64,000 nucleotides of DNA, taken from NCBI RefSeq assembly GCF_037042905.1, contig NC_087250.1:10976001-11040000 (forward strand), given 5' to 3'. The notes beneath the pieces were generated by a model that was not told the DNA's origin, searched no databases, and saw nothing but the letters and a program-made list of their open reading frames with translations. The position numbers were made by a program, and so were the translations under genes. Source of the stretch: Lytechinus pictus (lineage: Eukaryota). Positions 1 to 13,800 of the stretch are shown here, piece by piece (the first letter of the stretch is position 1; each line of letters starts with the position of its first letter).

Positions 1-3000
1 TAAATGTATGTGGTGTATACTTACTTTCTGCCAAATAAGATAAGGAAAAAAGAGGAAGAATAACAAAATATAGAAGCATTAAGAAAACTTTTCGAAAACG
101 CTCTTCGAAACGGAATTGCAAATATTTGAATTGTTTAAGAGTTTGGCCTTATTTAAAAAAAAAATAATTTTAGAGGATTGAAAAATGGAATCATTTCATT
201 GTCATTACCCTAAATATCAATGGATTTATTTCGTACTTATATTGTGGGTAAATCAAGGTGACCATACGTTATATTGAACATATCTAACTTCATGAGGAAA
301 CCTTTTCCACTGATATATTGAATAGACAAAAATACATTTCTACATTTCTTTAAGGAATAGTGAACAAAGACCATTAAAATATAAATACATGAAGGTGTAT
401 ACTTACGCCCTGTCAAATAACGTAAGGAAAAAGAGAAAGAATAACAAAAGATAAAAGCAATAAGGAATATTTTCGAATACACTCTTCGAAACGTACTTGG
501 AACTATTTATATTGTTTTAGAGGTGGGCCTGATTTAAAACAAAACAATTCTAGAGGATCGAAAAATAGAATTATTTTATATTCATTACTCTAAAATTCAA
601 TGGACTTTTTTTTTAACTTATACTGTGGGTAAATCAAGGTGACCATACGTTGTATTGAACATATCTAACTTCATGAGGAAACCTTTTCCACTGATAAATT
701 GAATAGACAAAAATATATTTTGACATTTCTATAAGGAATAGTGAACAAAGACCATTAAAATATAAATACATGAGGGTGTATACTTACAGGCTGTTAAATA
801 AGGAAAAAGAGAAAGGATAACAAAAATATAAATATATTAAGGAATATTTTAGAAAACGCTCTTCGAAACGTACTTGGAACTATTTGTATTGTTCAAATAG
901 GTCGGTGTGATTTCAAAAAAGTAATTTTAGAGGATTGAAAAATTGAATTAGTTTATTGTCATTACCCTAAATATCAATGGATTTTTTTTTCTCGTACTGC
1001 GGGTTAGTCAAGTTGACCATGCGTTGTAATGAAAATATCTGATTTCATGAAAAACCTTTTCCATTGATATATTGGATAGACAAAATTCAAGCTTATAGAC
1101 ATTCATCTAAATGATAGTTAAAAATACTTTGAAATATAAATGTTTGTGGTGTATACTTAAGTTCTGCCAAATAAGATGAGGAAACAGAGAAAGAATAACA
1201 AATAATAGAAGCATTAAGGAATATTTTCGAAAACGCTCTTCGAAACGTACTTTGAACAATTTGTTTGGTTTAAGAGGTTGGTCTGATTTGACATAAGTAG
1301 TTTTAGAGGATCGAAAAAAAGAATTATTTTATATTCATTACTCTAAAATTTAATGGATTTTTTTTTCGAACTTAGACTGCGGGTAAATCAAGGTGACCAT
1401 ACGTTGTATTGAACATATCTTACTTCATGAGGAAACCTTTTCCACTGATATATTGAATACACAAAAATATATTTTGACATTTCTCTAAGGAATAGTGAAC
1501 CAAGATCATTAAAATATAAATACATGAAGGTGTATACTTACGGCCTGTTAAATAAGTAAAAAGAGAGCGGATAACAAAAATATAAAAATATTAAGGAATA
1601 TTTTAGAAAACGCTCTTCGAAACGTAATTGGAACTATTTGTATTGTTCAAAGAGGTCGGTGTGATTTCAAAAAAGTAATTTTAGAGGATTGAAAAATGGA
1701 ATAATTTCATTGTCATTACCCTAAATATCAATGGATTTATTTCGTACTTATACTGTGGGTAAATCAAGGTGACCCTACGTTGTATTGAAAATATCGGATT
1801 TTTTGAAGAAAAATAATTTTCTATTGATATATTGGATGGACAAGAATCAATCTTATAGACATTCATCTAAATGATAGTCAAAAATGCTTTGAAATATAAA
1901 TGTATGTGGTGTATACTTACTTTCTGCCAAATAAGATAAGGAAAAAAGAGGAAGAATAACAAAATATAGAAGCATTAAGAAAACTTTTCAAAAACGCTCT
2001 TCGAAACGGACTTGGAAATATTTGAATTGTTTAAGAGGTTGGCCTGATTTCAAAAAATAATTTTAGAGGATTGAAAATTGGAATAATTTTATTGTCACTA
2101 CCCTAAATATCAATGGATTTATTTCGTACTTATACTGTGGGTAAATCAAGGTGACCATACGTTGTATTGAAAATATCTGATTTCATGAAATAACTTTTCC
2201 ATTGATATATTGAATAGACAAAAATATATTTTTACATTTCTCTAAGGAATAGTGAACAAAGACCATTAAAATATAAATACATGAAGGTGTATACTTACCG
2301 TCTGTCAAATAACGTAAGGAAAAAGAGAAAGAATAACAAGAGATAAAAGCATTAAGGAATATTTTCGAATACACTCTTCGAAACGTGATTGGAACTATTT
2401 GTATTGTTCAAAGAGGTCGGTGTGATTTCAAAAAAGTAATTTTAGAGGATTGAAAAATTGAATTATTTTATATTCATTACTCTAAAATTTAATGGATTTT
2501 TTTTTTCGAACTTAGACTGCGGGTAAATCAAGGTGACCATACGTTGTATTGAACATATCTTACTTCATGAGGAAACCTTTTCCACTGATATATTGAATAC
2601 ACAAAAATATATTTTGACATTTCTCTAAGGAATAGTGAACAAAGACCATTAAAATATAAATACATGAAGGTGTATACTTACCGTCTGTCAAATAACGTAA
2701 GGAAAAAGAGAAAGAATAACAAGAGATAAAAGCATTAAGGAATATTTTCGAATACACTCTTCGAAACGTGATTGGAACTATTTGTATTGTTCAAAGAGGT
2801 TGGTCTGATTTGACATAAGTAGTTTTAGAGGATCGAAAAAAAGAATTATTTTATATTCATTACTCTAAAATTTAATGGATTTTTTTTTTCGAACTTAGAC
2901 TGCGGGTAAATCAAGGTGACCATACGTTGTATTGAACATATCTTACTTTATGAGGAAACCTTTTCCACTGATATATTGAATACACAAAAATATATTTTGA

Positions 3001-6000
3001 CATTTCTCTAAGGAATAGTGAACCAAGATCATTAAAATATAAATACATGAAGGTGTATACTTACGGCCTGTTAAATAAGTAAAAAGAGAGCGGATAACAA
3101 AAATATAAAAATATTAAGGAATATTTTAGAAAACGCTCTTCGAAACGTAATTGGAACTATTTGTATTGTTCAAAGAGGTCGGTGTGATTTCAAAAAAGTA
3201 ATTTTAGAGGATTGAAAAATGGAATAATTTCATTGTCATTACCCTAAATATCAATGGATTTATTTCGTACTTATACTGTGGGTAAATCAAGGTGACCCTA
3301 CGTTGTATTGAAAATATCTGATTTTTTGAAGAAAAATAATTTTCTATTGATATATTGGATGGACAAGAATCAATCTTATAGACATTCATCTAAATGATAG
3401 TCAAAAATGCTTTGAAATATAAATGTATGTGGTGTATACTTACTTTCTGCCAAATAAGATAAGGAAAAAAGAGGAAGAATAACAAAATATAGAAGCATTA
3501 AGAAAACTTTTCAAAAACGCTCTTCGAAACGGACTTGGAAATATTTGAATTGTTTAAGAGGTTGGCCTGATTTCAAAAAATAATTTTAGAGGATTGAAAA
3601 TTGGAATAATTTTATTGTCACTACCCTAAATATCAATGGATTTATTTCGTACTTATACTGTGGGTAAATCAAGGTGACCATACGTTGTATTGAAAATATC
3701 TGATTTCATGAAATAACTTTTCCATTGATATATTGAATAGACAAAAATATATTTTTACATTTCTCTAAGGAATAGTGAACAAAGACCATTAAAATATAAA
3801 TACATGAAGGTGTATACTTACCGTCTGTCAAATAACGTAAGGAAAAAGAGAAAGAATAACAAGAGATAAAAGCATTAAGGAATATTTTCGAATACACTCT
3901 TCGAAACGTGATTGGAACTATTTGTATTGTTCAAAGAGGTCGGTGTGATTTCAAAAAAGTAATTTTAGAGGATTGAAAAATTGAATTATTTTATATTCAT
4001 TACTCTAAAATTTAATGGATTTTTTTTTTCGAACTTAGACTGCGGGTAAATCAAGGTGACCATACGTTGTATTGAACATATCTTACTTCATGAGGAAACC
4101 TTTTCCACTGATATATTGAACACACAAAAATATATTTTGACATTTCTCTAAGGAATAGTGAACAAAGACCATTAAAATATAAATACATGAAGGTGTATAC
4201 TTACCGTCTGTCAAATAACGTAAGGAAAAAGAGAAAGAATAACAAGAGATAAAAGCATTAAGGAATATTTTCGAATACACTCTTCGAAACGTGATTGGAA
4301 CTATTTGTATTGTTCAAAGAGGTTGGTCTGATTTGACATAAGTAGTTTTAGAGGATCGAAAAAAAGAATTATTTTATATTCATTACTCTAAAATTTAATG
4401 GATTTTTTTTTTCGAACTTAGACTGCGGGTAAATCAAGGTGACCATACGTTGTATTGAACATATCTTACTTTATGAGGAAACCTTTTCCACTGATATATT
4501 GAATACACAAAAATATATTTTGACATTTCTCTAAGGAATAGTGAACCAAGATCATTAAAATATAAATACATGAAGGTGTATACTTACGGCCTGTTAAATA
4601 AGTAAAAAGAGAGCGGATAACAAAAATATAAAAATATTGAGGAATATTTTAGAAAACGCTCTTCGAAACGTAATTGGAACTATTTGTATTGTTCAAAGAG
4701 GTCGGTGTGATTTCAAAAAAGTAATTTTAGAGGATTGAAAAATGGAATAATTTCATTGTCATTACCCTAAATATCAATGGATTTATTTCGTACTTATACT
4801 GTGGGTAAATCAAGGTGACCCTACGTTGTATTGAAAATATCTGATTTTTTGAAGAAAAATAATTTTCTATTGATATATTGGATGGACAAGAATCAATCTT
4901 ATAGACATTCATCTAAATGATAGTCAAAAATGCTTTGAAATATAAATGTATGTGGTGTATACTTACTTTCTGCCAAATAAGATAAGGAAAAAAGAGGAAG
5001 AATAACAAAATATAGAAGCATTAAGAAAACTTTTCAAAAACGCTCTTCGAAACGGACTTGGAAATATTTGAATTGTTTAAGAGGTTGGCCTGATTTCAAA
5101 AAATAATTTTAGAGGATTGAAAATTGGAATAATTTTATTGTCACTACCCTAAATATCAATGGATTTATTTCGTACTTATACTGTGGGTAAATCAAGGTGA
5201 CCATACGTTGTATTGAAAATATCTGATTTCATGAAATAACTTTTCCATTGATATATTGAATAGACAAAAATATATTTTTACATTTCTCTAAGGAATAGTG
5301 AACAAAGACCATTAAAATATAAATACATGAAGGTGTATACTTACCGTCTGTCAAATAACGTAAGGAAAAAGAGAAAGAATAACAAGAGATAAAAGCATTA
5401 AGGAATATTTTCGAATACACTCTTCGAAACGTGATTGGAACTATTTGTATTGTTCAAAGAGGTCGGTGTGATTTCAAAAAAGTAATTTTAGAGGATTGAA
5501 AAATTGAATTATTTTATATTCATTACTCTAAAATTTAATGGATTTTTTTTTTCGAACTTAGACTGCGTGTAAATCAAGGTGACCATACGTTGTATCGAAC
5601 ATATCTTACTTCATGAGGAAACCTTTTCCACTGATATATTGAATACACAAAAATATATTTTGACATTTCTCTAAGGAATAGTGAACAAAGACCATTAAAA
5701 TATAAATACATGAAGGTGTATACTTACCGTCTGTCAAATAACGTAAGGAAAAAGAGAAAGAATAACAAGAGATAAAAGCATTAAGGAATATTTTCGAATA
5801 CACTCTTCGAAACGTGATTGGAACTATTTGTATTGTTCAAAGAGGTTGGTCTGATTTGACATAAGTAGTTTTAGAGGATCGAAAAATTGAATTATTTTAT
5901 ATTCATTACTCTAAAATTTAATGGATTTTTTTTTTCGAACTTAGACTGCGGGTAAATCAAGGTGACCATACGTTGTATTGAACATATCTTACTTCATGAG

Positions 6001-9000
6001 GAAACCTTTTCCACTGATATATTGAACACACAAAAATATATTTTGACATTTCTCTAAGGAATAGTGAACAAAGACCATTAAAATATAAATACATGAAGGT
6101 GTATACTTACCGTCTGTCAAATAACGTAAGGAAAAAGAGAAAGAATAACAAGAGATAAAAGCATTAAGGAATATTTTCGAATACACTCTTCGAAACGTGA
6201 TTGGAACTATTTGTATTGTTCAAAGAGGTTGGTCTGATTTGACATAAGTAGTTTTAGAGGATCGAAAAAAAGAATTATTTTATATTCATTACTCTAAAAT
6301 TTAATGGATTTTTTTTTTCGAACTTAGACTGCGGGTAAATCAAGGTGACCATACGTTGTATTGAACATATCTTACTTTATGAGGAAACCTTTTCCACTGA
6401 TATATTGAATACACAAAAATATATTTTGACATTTCTCTAAGGAATAGTGAACCAAGATCATTAAAATATAAATACATGAAGGTGTATACTTACGGCCTGT
6501 TAAATAAGTAAAAAGAGAGCGGATAACAAAAATATAAAAATATTGAGGAATATTTTAGAAAACGCTCTTCGAAACGTAATTGGAACTATTTGTATTGTTC
6601 AAAGAGGTCGGTGTGATTTCAAAAAAGTAATTTTAGAGGATTGAAAAATGGAATAATTTCATTGTCATTACCCTAAATATCAATGGATTTATTTCGTACT
6701 TATACTGTGGGTAAATCAAGGTGACCCTACGTTGTATTGAAAATATCTGATTTTTTGAAGAAAAATAATTTTCTATTGATATATTGGATGGACAAGAATC
6801 AATCTTATAGACATTCATCTAAATGATAGTCAAAAATGCTTTGAAATATAAATGTATGTGGTGTATACTTACTTTCTGCCAAATAAGATAAGGAAAAAAG
6901 AGGAAGAATAACAAAATATAGAAGCATTAAGAAAACTTTTCAAAAACGCTCTTCGAAACGGACTTGGAAATATTTGAATTGTTTAAGAGGTTGGCCTGAT
7001 TTCAAAAAATAATTTTAGAGGATTGAAAATTGGAATAATTTTATTGTCACTACCCTAAATATCAATGGATTTATTTCGTACTTATACTGTGGGTAAATCA
7101 AGGTGACCATACGTTGTATTGAAAATATCTGATTTCATGAAATAACTTTTCCATTGATATATTGAATAGACAAAAATATATTTTTACATTTCTCTAAGGA
7201 ATAGTGAACAAAGACCATTAAAATATAAATACATGAAGGTGTATACTTACCGTCTGTCAAATAACGTAAGGAAAAAGAGAAAGAATAACAAGAGATAAAA
7301 GCATTAAGGAATATTTTCGAATACACTCTTCGAAACGTGATTGGAACTATTTGTATTGTTCAAAGAGGTCGGTGTGATTTCAAAAAAGTAATTTTAGAGG
7401 ATTGAAAAATTGAATTATTTTATATTCATTACTCTAAAATTTAATGGATTTTTTTTTTCGAACTTAGACTGCGTGTAAATCAAGGTGACCATACGTTGTA
7501 TCGAACATATCTTACTTCATGAGGAAACCTTTTCCACTGATATATTGAATACACAAAAATATATTTTGACATTTCTCTAAGGAATAGTGAACAAAGACCA
7601 TTAAAATATAAATACATGAAGGTGTATACTTACCGTCTGTCAAATAACGTAAGGAAAAAGAGAAAGAATAACAAGAGATAAAAGCATTAAGGAATATTTT
7701 CGAATACACTCTTCGAAACGTGATTGGAACTATTTGTATTGTTCAAAGAGGTTGGTCTGATTTGACATAAGTAGTTTTAGAGGATCGAAAAAAAGAATTA
7801 TTTTATATTCATTACTCTAAAATTTAATGGATTTTTTTTTCGAACTTAGACTGCGGGTAAATCAAGGTGACCATACGTTGTATTGAACATATCTTACTTC
7901 ATGAGGAAACCTTTTCCACTGATATATTGAATACACAAAAATGTATTTTGACATTTCTCTAAGGAATAGTGAACCAAGATCATTAAAATATAAATACATG
8001 AAGGTGTATACTTACGGCCTGTTAAATAAGTAAAAAGAGAGCGGATAACAAAAATATAAAAATATTAAGGAATATTTTAGAAAACGCTCTTCGAAACGTA
8101 ATTGGAACTATTTGTATTGTTCAAAGAGGTCGGTGTGATTTCAAAAAAGTAATTTTAGAGGATTGAAAAATGGAATAATTTCATTGTCATTACCCTAAAT
8201 ATCAATGGATTTATTTCGTACTTATACTGTGGGTAAATCAAGGTGACCCTACGTTGTATTGAAAATATCTGATTTTTTGAAGAAAAATAATTTTCTATTG
8301 ATATATTGGATGGACAAGAATCAATCTTATAGACATTCATCTAAATGATAGTCAAAAATGCTTTGAAATATAAATGTATGTGGTGTATACTTACTTTCTG
8401 CCAAATAAGATAAGGAAAAAAGAGGAAGAATAACAAAATATAGAAGCATTAAGAAAACTTTTCAAAAACGCTCTTCGAAACGGACTTGGAAATATTTGAA
8501 TTGTTTAAGAGGTTGGCCTGATTTCAAAAAATAATTTTAGAGGATTGAAAATTGGAATAATTTTATTGTCACTACCCTAAATATCAATGGATTTATTTCG
8601 TACTTATACTGTGGGTAAATCAAGGTGACCATACGTTGTATTGAAAATATCTGATTTCATGAAATAACTTTTCCATTGATATATTGAATAGACAAAAATA
8701 TATTTTTACATTTCTCTAAGGAATAGTGAACAAAGACCATTAAAATATAAATACATGAAGGTGTATACTTACCGTCTGTCAAATAACGTAAGGAAAAAGA
8801 GAAAGAATAACAAGAGATAAAAGCATTAAGGAATATTTTCGAATACACTCTTCGAAACGTGATTGGAACTATTTGTATTGTTCAAAGAGGTCGGTGTGAT
8901 TTGAAAAAAGTAATTTTAGAGGATTGAAAAATTGAATTATTTTATTGTCATTACCCTAAATATCAATGGAATTTTTCTCGAACTGTGGGTTAATCAAAAA

Positions 9001-10846
9001 GGCCATGCGTTGTAATGAAAATATCTGATTTCATGAAAAAAACTTTTTCCATTGATATATTGGATAGACAAAAATCAAGCATATAGACATTCATCTAAAT
9101 GATAGTCAAAAATACTTCAAAAAATAAATGTATGTGATGTATACTTACGTTCTGCCAAATAAGGTAAGGAAAAAGAGAAAGAATAACAAAATGTAAAAAA
9201 TAAGGAATATTTTCGAAAACGCTCTTCGAAACGTACTTAGAACTATTTATATTGTTTTAGAGGTTGGCCTGATTTCAAAAAAGTAATTTTAGAGGATTGA
9301 AATATTGAATTATTTTATTGCCGTTACCCTAAATATCAATGGATTTATTTCGTGCTGATACTGTGGGTTAATCAAGATGACCATGCGTTGTAATGAAAAT
9401 ATCTGATTTCATGAAAAAAACTTTTTCCATTGATATATTGGATAGACAAAAATCAAGCATATAGACATTCATCTAAATGATAGTCAAAAATACTTCAAAA
9501 AATAAATGTATGTGATGTATACTTACGTTCTGCCAAATAAGGTAAGGAAAAAGAGAAAGAATAACAAAATATAAAAAATAAGGAATATTTTCGAAAACGC
9601 TCTTCGAAACGTACTTATTTATATTTATATTAACTATTTATATTGTTTTAGAGGTTGGCCTGATTTCAAAAAAAGTAATTTTAGAGGATTGAAAAATTGA
9701 ATTATTTGATTGTCATTATTCTAAATATAAATGGATTTTTTTCTCGTACTGTGGGTTTATCAAGATAACCATGCGTTGTAATGAAAATATCTGATTTCAT
9801 GAAAAACCTTTTCGATTGATATATTGGATAGACAAAATTCAAGCTTATAGACATTCATCTAAATGATAGTTAAAAATACTTTGAAATATAAATGTTTGTA
9901 GTGTATACTTAAGTTCTGCCAAATAAGATGAGGAAAAAGAGAAAGAATAACAAAATATAAAAAATAAGGAATATTTTAGAAAACGCTCTTCGAAACGTAC
10001 TTGGAACAATTCGTTTGGTTTTAGAGGTTGGTCTGATTTGACATAAGTAGTTTTAGAGGATCGAAAAATAAAATTATTTTACATTCATTACTCTAAAATT
10101 TCATTGATTTTTTTTCGAACTTAGACTGCGGGTAAATCAAGGTGACCATACGTTGTATTGAACATATCTAACTTCATGAGGAAACCTTTTCCACTGATAT
10201 ATTGAATGCACAAAAATATATTTTGACATTTTTCTAAGGAATAGTTAACAAAGATCATTAAAATATAAATACATGAAGGTGTATACTTACGGCCTGTTAA
10301 ATAGGAAAAAGAGAAAGGATAACCAAAATATGAAAATATTAAGGAATATTTTAGAAAACGCTTTTCGAAACGTAATAGGAACTATTTGTATTGTTCAAAG
10401 AGGTCGGTGTGATTTCAAAAAAGTAATTTTAGAGGATTGGAAAATTTGAATTATTTTATTGTCATTACCCTAAATATCAATGATTTTTTTCTCAAACTGT
10501 GGGTTAATCAAGATGACCATGCGTTGTAATGAAAATATCTGATTTCATGAAAAAACTTTTTCCATTGATGTATTTGATAGACAAAAATCAAGCATATAGA
10601 CATTCATCTAAATGATAGTCAAAAATACTTCAAAAAATAAATGTATGTGGTGTATACTTATGTTCTGCCAAATCAGGTAAGGAAAAAGAGAAAGAATAAC
10701 AAAATATAAAAAAATAAGGAATATTTTCGAAAACGCTCTTCGAAAGGTACTTAGAACTATTTATATTGTTTTAGAGGTTGGCCTGATTTCAAAAAAGTAA
10801 TTTTAGAGGATTGAAAAATTGAATTATTTTATTGTCATTACGCTTA
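1..10846. repeat. Tandem satellite DNA, ~380 bp AT-rich monomer, with a 4-monomer (~1523 bp) higher-order repeat in ~1300-8900
   Basis: Motifs GCTCTTCGAAACG/ACTCTTCGAAACG, TTTTAGAGGAT and GGGTAAATCAAGGTGACC recur every ~380 bp. Near-identical spurious ORFs recur at 1681/3204/4727/6633/8155 (spacings 1523, 1523, 1906, 1522). The array runs off the left edge of the window. Confidence 0.98.
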
Positions 10847-13800
10847 CCCTTTGCGTGCGGGCCCGCGAAACCGGATACCTCTCCCTGCGGCGGAGCCGTT
10901 TTTGTAAATTGCTGGTATTTGGATCTGTGGCGGTGTTTTCCTAATCTATTGCTAATTGTGCCAAACTGAAGTATTTTCAGGATTTTTAGTAAATGTAAAG
11001 ATGAAAGATCAGACATTTTTCTTTCTAGAATTAAAGGTCTCGCTTCTCAAATCAACAGAATGGTTAAAAAATTTACGGCGAAAAAGTCGTGTTATTTTGT
11101 CAAATCTTCGCTTTTTCCCAAGTCAATAGGCACTGTGTACAAAAATGCGTAAGGGCAATCAGCACGCGCGGACAAGTCGGATTCGATCGATACCGCTTTG
11201 TTGTCTGCTCTAGTGCTTTTTTCATTGCCTATTGTCACGCTACTCATGAATTGTCTCTTTACCCCCTTGTATTCAGATCATTTGCAAAGTGTATAATTTC
11301 GACGATAATCCGTTTTTGGTAAAATCACAGCATACCAAATACCTTTATTTTCCAGAATGAATAAAAAAGGGTGAATATATTCTCTTGCAAGTACGATGAT
11401 GATGCTGCACAACGAAAGTCCGAAACTATTTTGTGATTTTTGGCTTCTGGGCTTCAAGACGATGGCCTCAATGTTTCACTAAAAATCGCCTTTGGTTTCT
11501 TCTTTTCATAAATTACAGTTTGTAATAAAAAACTAATTTTGTTCCTGAAGATTGAATACCAGTGTGTTTTCCTGTTGCAATTTCAAAGAGCGAAGGGGGT
11601 AAATGTGACACAAATCTGAAATCATACCTCCCAACACTCTCCTCGTCTCGTTCTACGATTCATTTTTCTATCTCCCTTATCCCTCCAAAATAACCATGCT
11701 ACCGATTACTGTTCGTCACTATGAGAGAAAGTAAATCATTTTTATCTATTGAAATTGTAGCATCTAAGTGTTTTGTTCTTTCATTTTTTAATCGTTCTGG
11801 ATTTTTTTCACAACCTAAAACAAAAGTAATAAATAAGCCATTAAAAATTTGTATCCCGTTTTGTCTCTATCTTTTTACTCGTTCAATCAAATACAGATGC
11901 GTTGGAGTCGGTATGAGGCGTCATTCCACCCCCCCCCCTCCATTCAGTCCATAAAGTCCGTAAGTCCATACATTTGTGATTTGTAGGGGCCGGATCACTC
12001 CCTCCCACATTCAGCTCACCCCTCCATTATCAAAAACGCTCAGCGGCCCCTGTTATTTATACATCTTTTTCAGATATTTGGGTGTTGATGCTCACCAGGG
12101 TAAGTGCCCCAATAGTATGTTTGCCGTAAAAAAATATGTCAACCTGTCTTTTCTTTCTTTATATGGATCCTTTTCTGCTACGCTATTCGCCAGAAAAACA
12201 AAAGACAAAAAAAAGATGAAAGAGAATGGCGAAAAAGTAGGAAAATTAATAATATTTTTAGGGGGGGGGGGGTATGTATAAGATTGAGAGGGGTTTGTCG
12301 GGACACGTCAAACAAACGTGTTTTTTAGGTGGATGCTTCAACGAAAATTCTCATTCTATTTCCTCAATTTCCGGCGTGGAAACTTTTAGTTCATTGTTAG
12401 TTTTAGCGTTTGAACTGATTATGCTTTTGTCGAATCTTCAGTGCAAAAATGTTCACATGGGAGAGAAAGAGAGAATGAGATGAAGAGCTTCTAAACCTAA
12501 CATGACAAATTCATTCTATAAAATGACGTGATTTACAAATTGAGGTGGGGGACTAGTATTCTATAATTTTTTATAAGTAAATATTCATTATGGTTTACAT
12601 TATACCTTTTGGGTCTATTTCCTCTTTTTTCCCTTCTATCCGTTCTGTCGTTTTATCATTCTCCTATACTTGTATCTTGATTTGCATTTTCTATCCCTTT
12701 TTTTAATCTCACTTGCATCTTCTTCCATCCCTATGTGTATCATCACCCAGGGGAAAATTGTAATTTTTGTGAAGAAAGCACTATCATGCTCAAGAAGAAA
12801 ATGTTCTTGCCATGTCTTAAGCGCCTGAATGTTTTAAATAAGTAAACTTAACTTTTTACTTTTTTTATTGTTACTGTCGTAATATGAAAAGCAGTATTCC
12901 TAAAAGCTCTTTGTATCGCTAAATACGAGAAGCATTTAATAGGTCACCCTGACGAAATACACTAATCTTCCTTTTATTCAGGGCGTTGGCTATTTGTCCC
13001 CTGCTCTTTTTATAAAGAATTTGTTTGAGCGTCCGCCATGACTTTCTTTTGTTCATTTTTAAAAGAGCAGAGGATAAACGGTGTTCTTAATTCCTTTATT
13101 TTCTGTTTGTTTCCTTTGAAATAGAAGACAAAAATAAGAGCAATACCGAAAGAGAGAACGAGAGAAAGCGGGGAGGGGGGTGGGTGGTTCAAAAGTTTTC
13201 CAGGGGCCCGTTTTATATAAAATTTGTTTACAAATTTTCAATAACACTTGAAAGCTACTGAAATCATTCTATTTGACTGGCGGATGGTAAATTTGTATAA
13301 ATTATTGCGCATTTTTCAATATAAAATGTGCATGTATACTGTATTTATAAAACGATACCAATTAGGGATTTCCTCGTTTTCCCTTTCTCTGGTTTCTAAC
13401 CTGTAACTGAATGTATTATCTACCGCTTTCATTCCCTTATATCTATCGTCTTTCTATATCCCCTCCCTTCTACACCTTTTTTCTCTGAGTTCTTCTCATT
13501 TAAATTACATCTATATCGTCTTCTTTCTTCCCGATTTGGATTACGAGGTATATACCCTCCCCCATCCCCCTCAATCCTTTATTTCTGATTTTTTGTTCTC
13601 AGTACCTGTCATTTTACATTACATCTAACGTCTCCCCCCCCCCTATCTTCATGAAAGAATGCCTCGTTTTTGCAAATTGTATTGATCGGAGATGGTTGCA
13701 TTTGTGGGCCTCTCGTCCTATTGCATCGTGGTCATCATGTCGAAAAAAAAAAATGTCCCGAAAAACCTTTTACAATTACTATTGTAACTGTCTTTTCACA

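Noticed and set aside
88..120. CENP-B box in the satellite motif TTTTCGAAAACGCTCTTCGAAACGG
   Set aside because: It does not fit the TTCG-N4-A-N2-CGGG spacing. The resemblance is only superficial.
237..8848. Repeated 61-81 aa minus-strand ORFs (MYSKIF..., MNVYKI...)
   Set aside because: Chance frames in satellite monomers. They are broken in other monomers, have no domain features, and mostly lack ATG starts.
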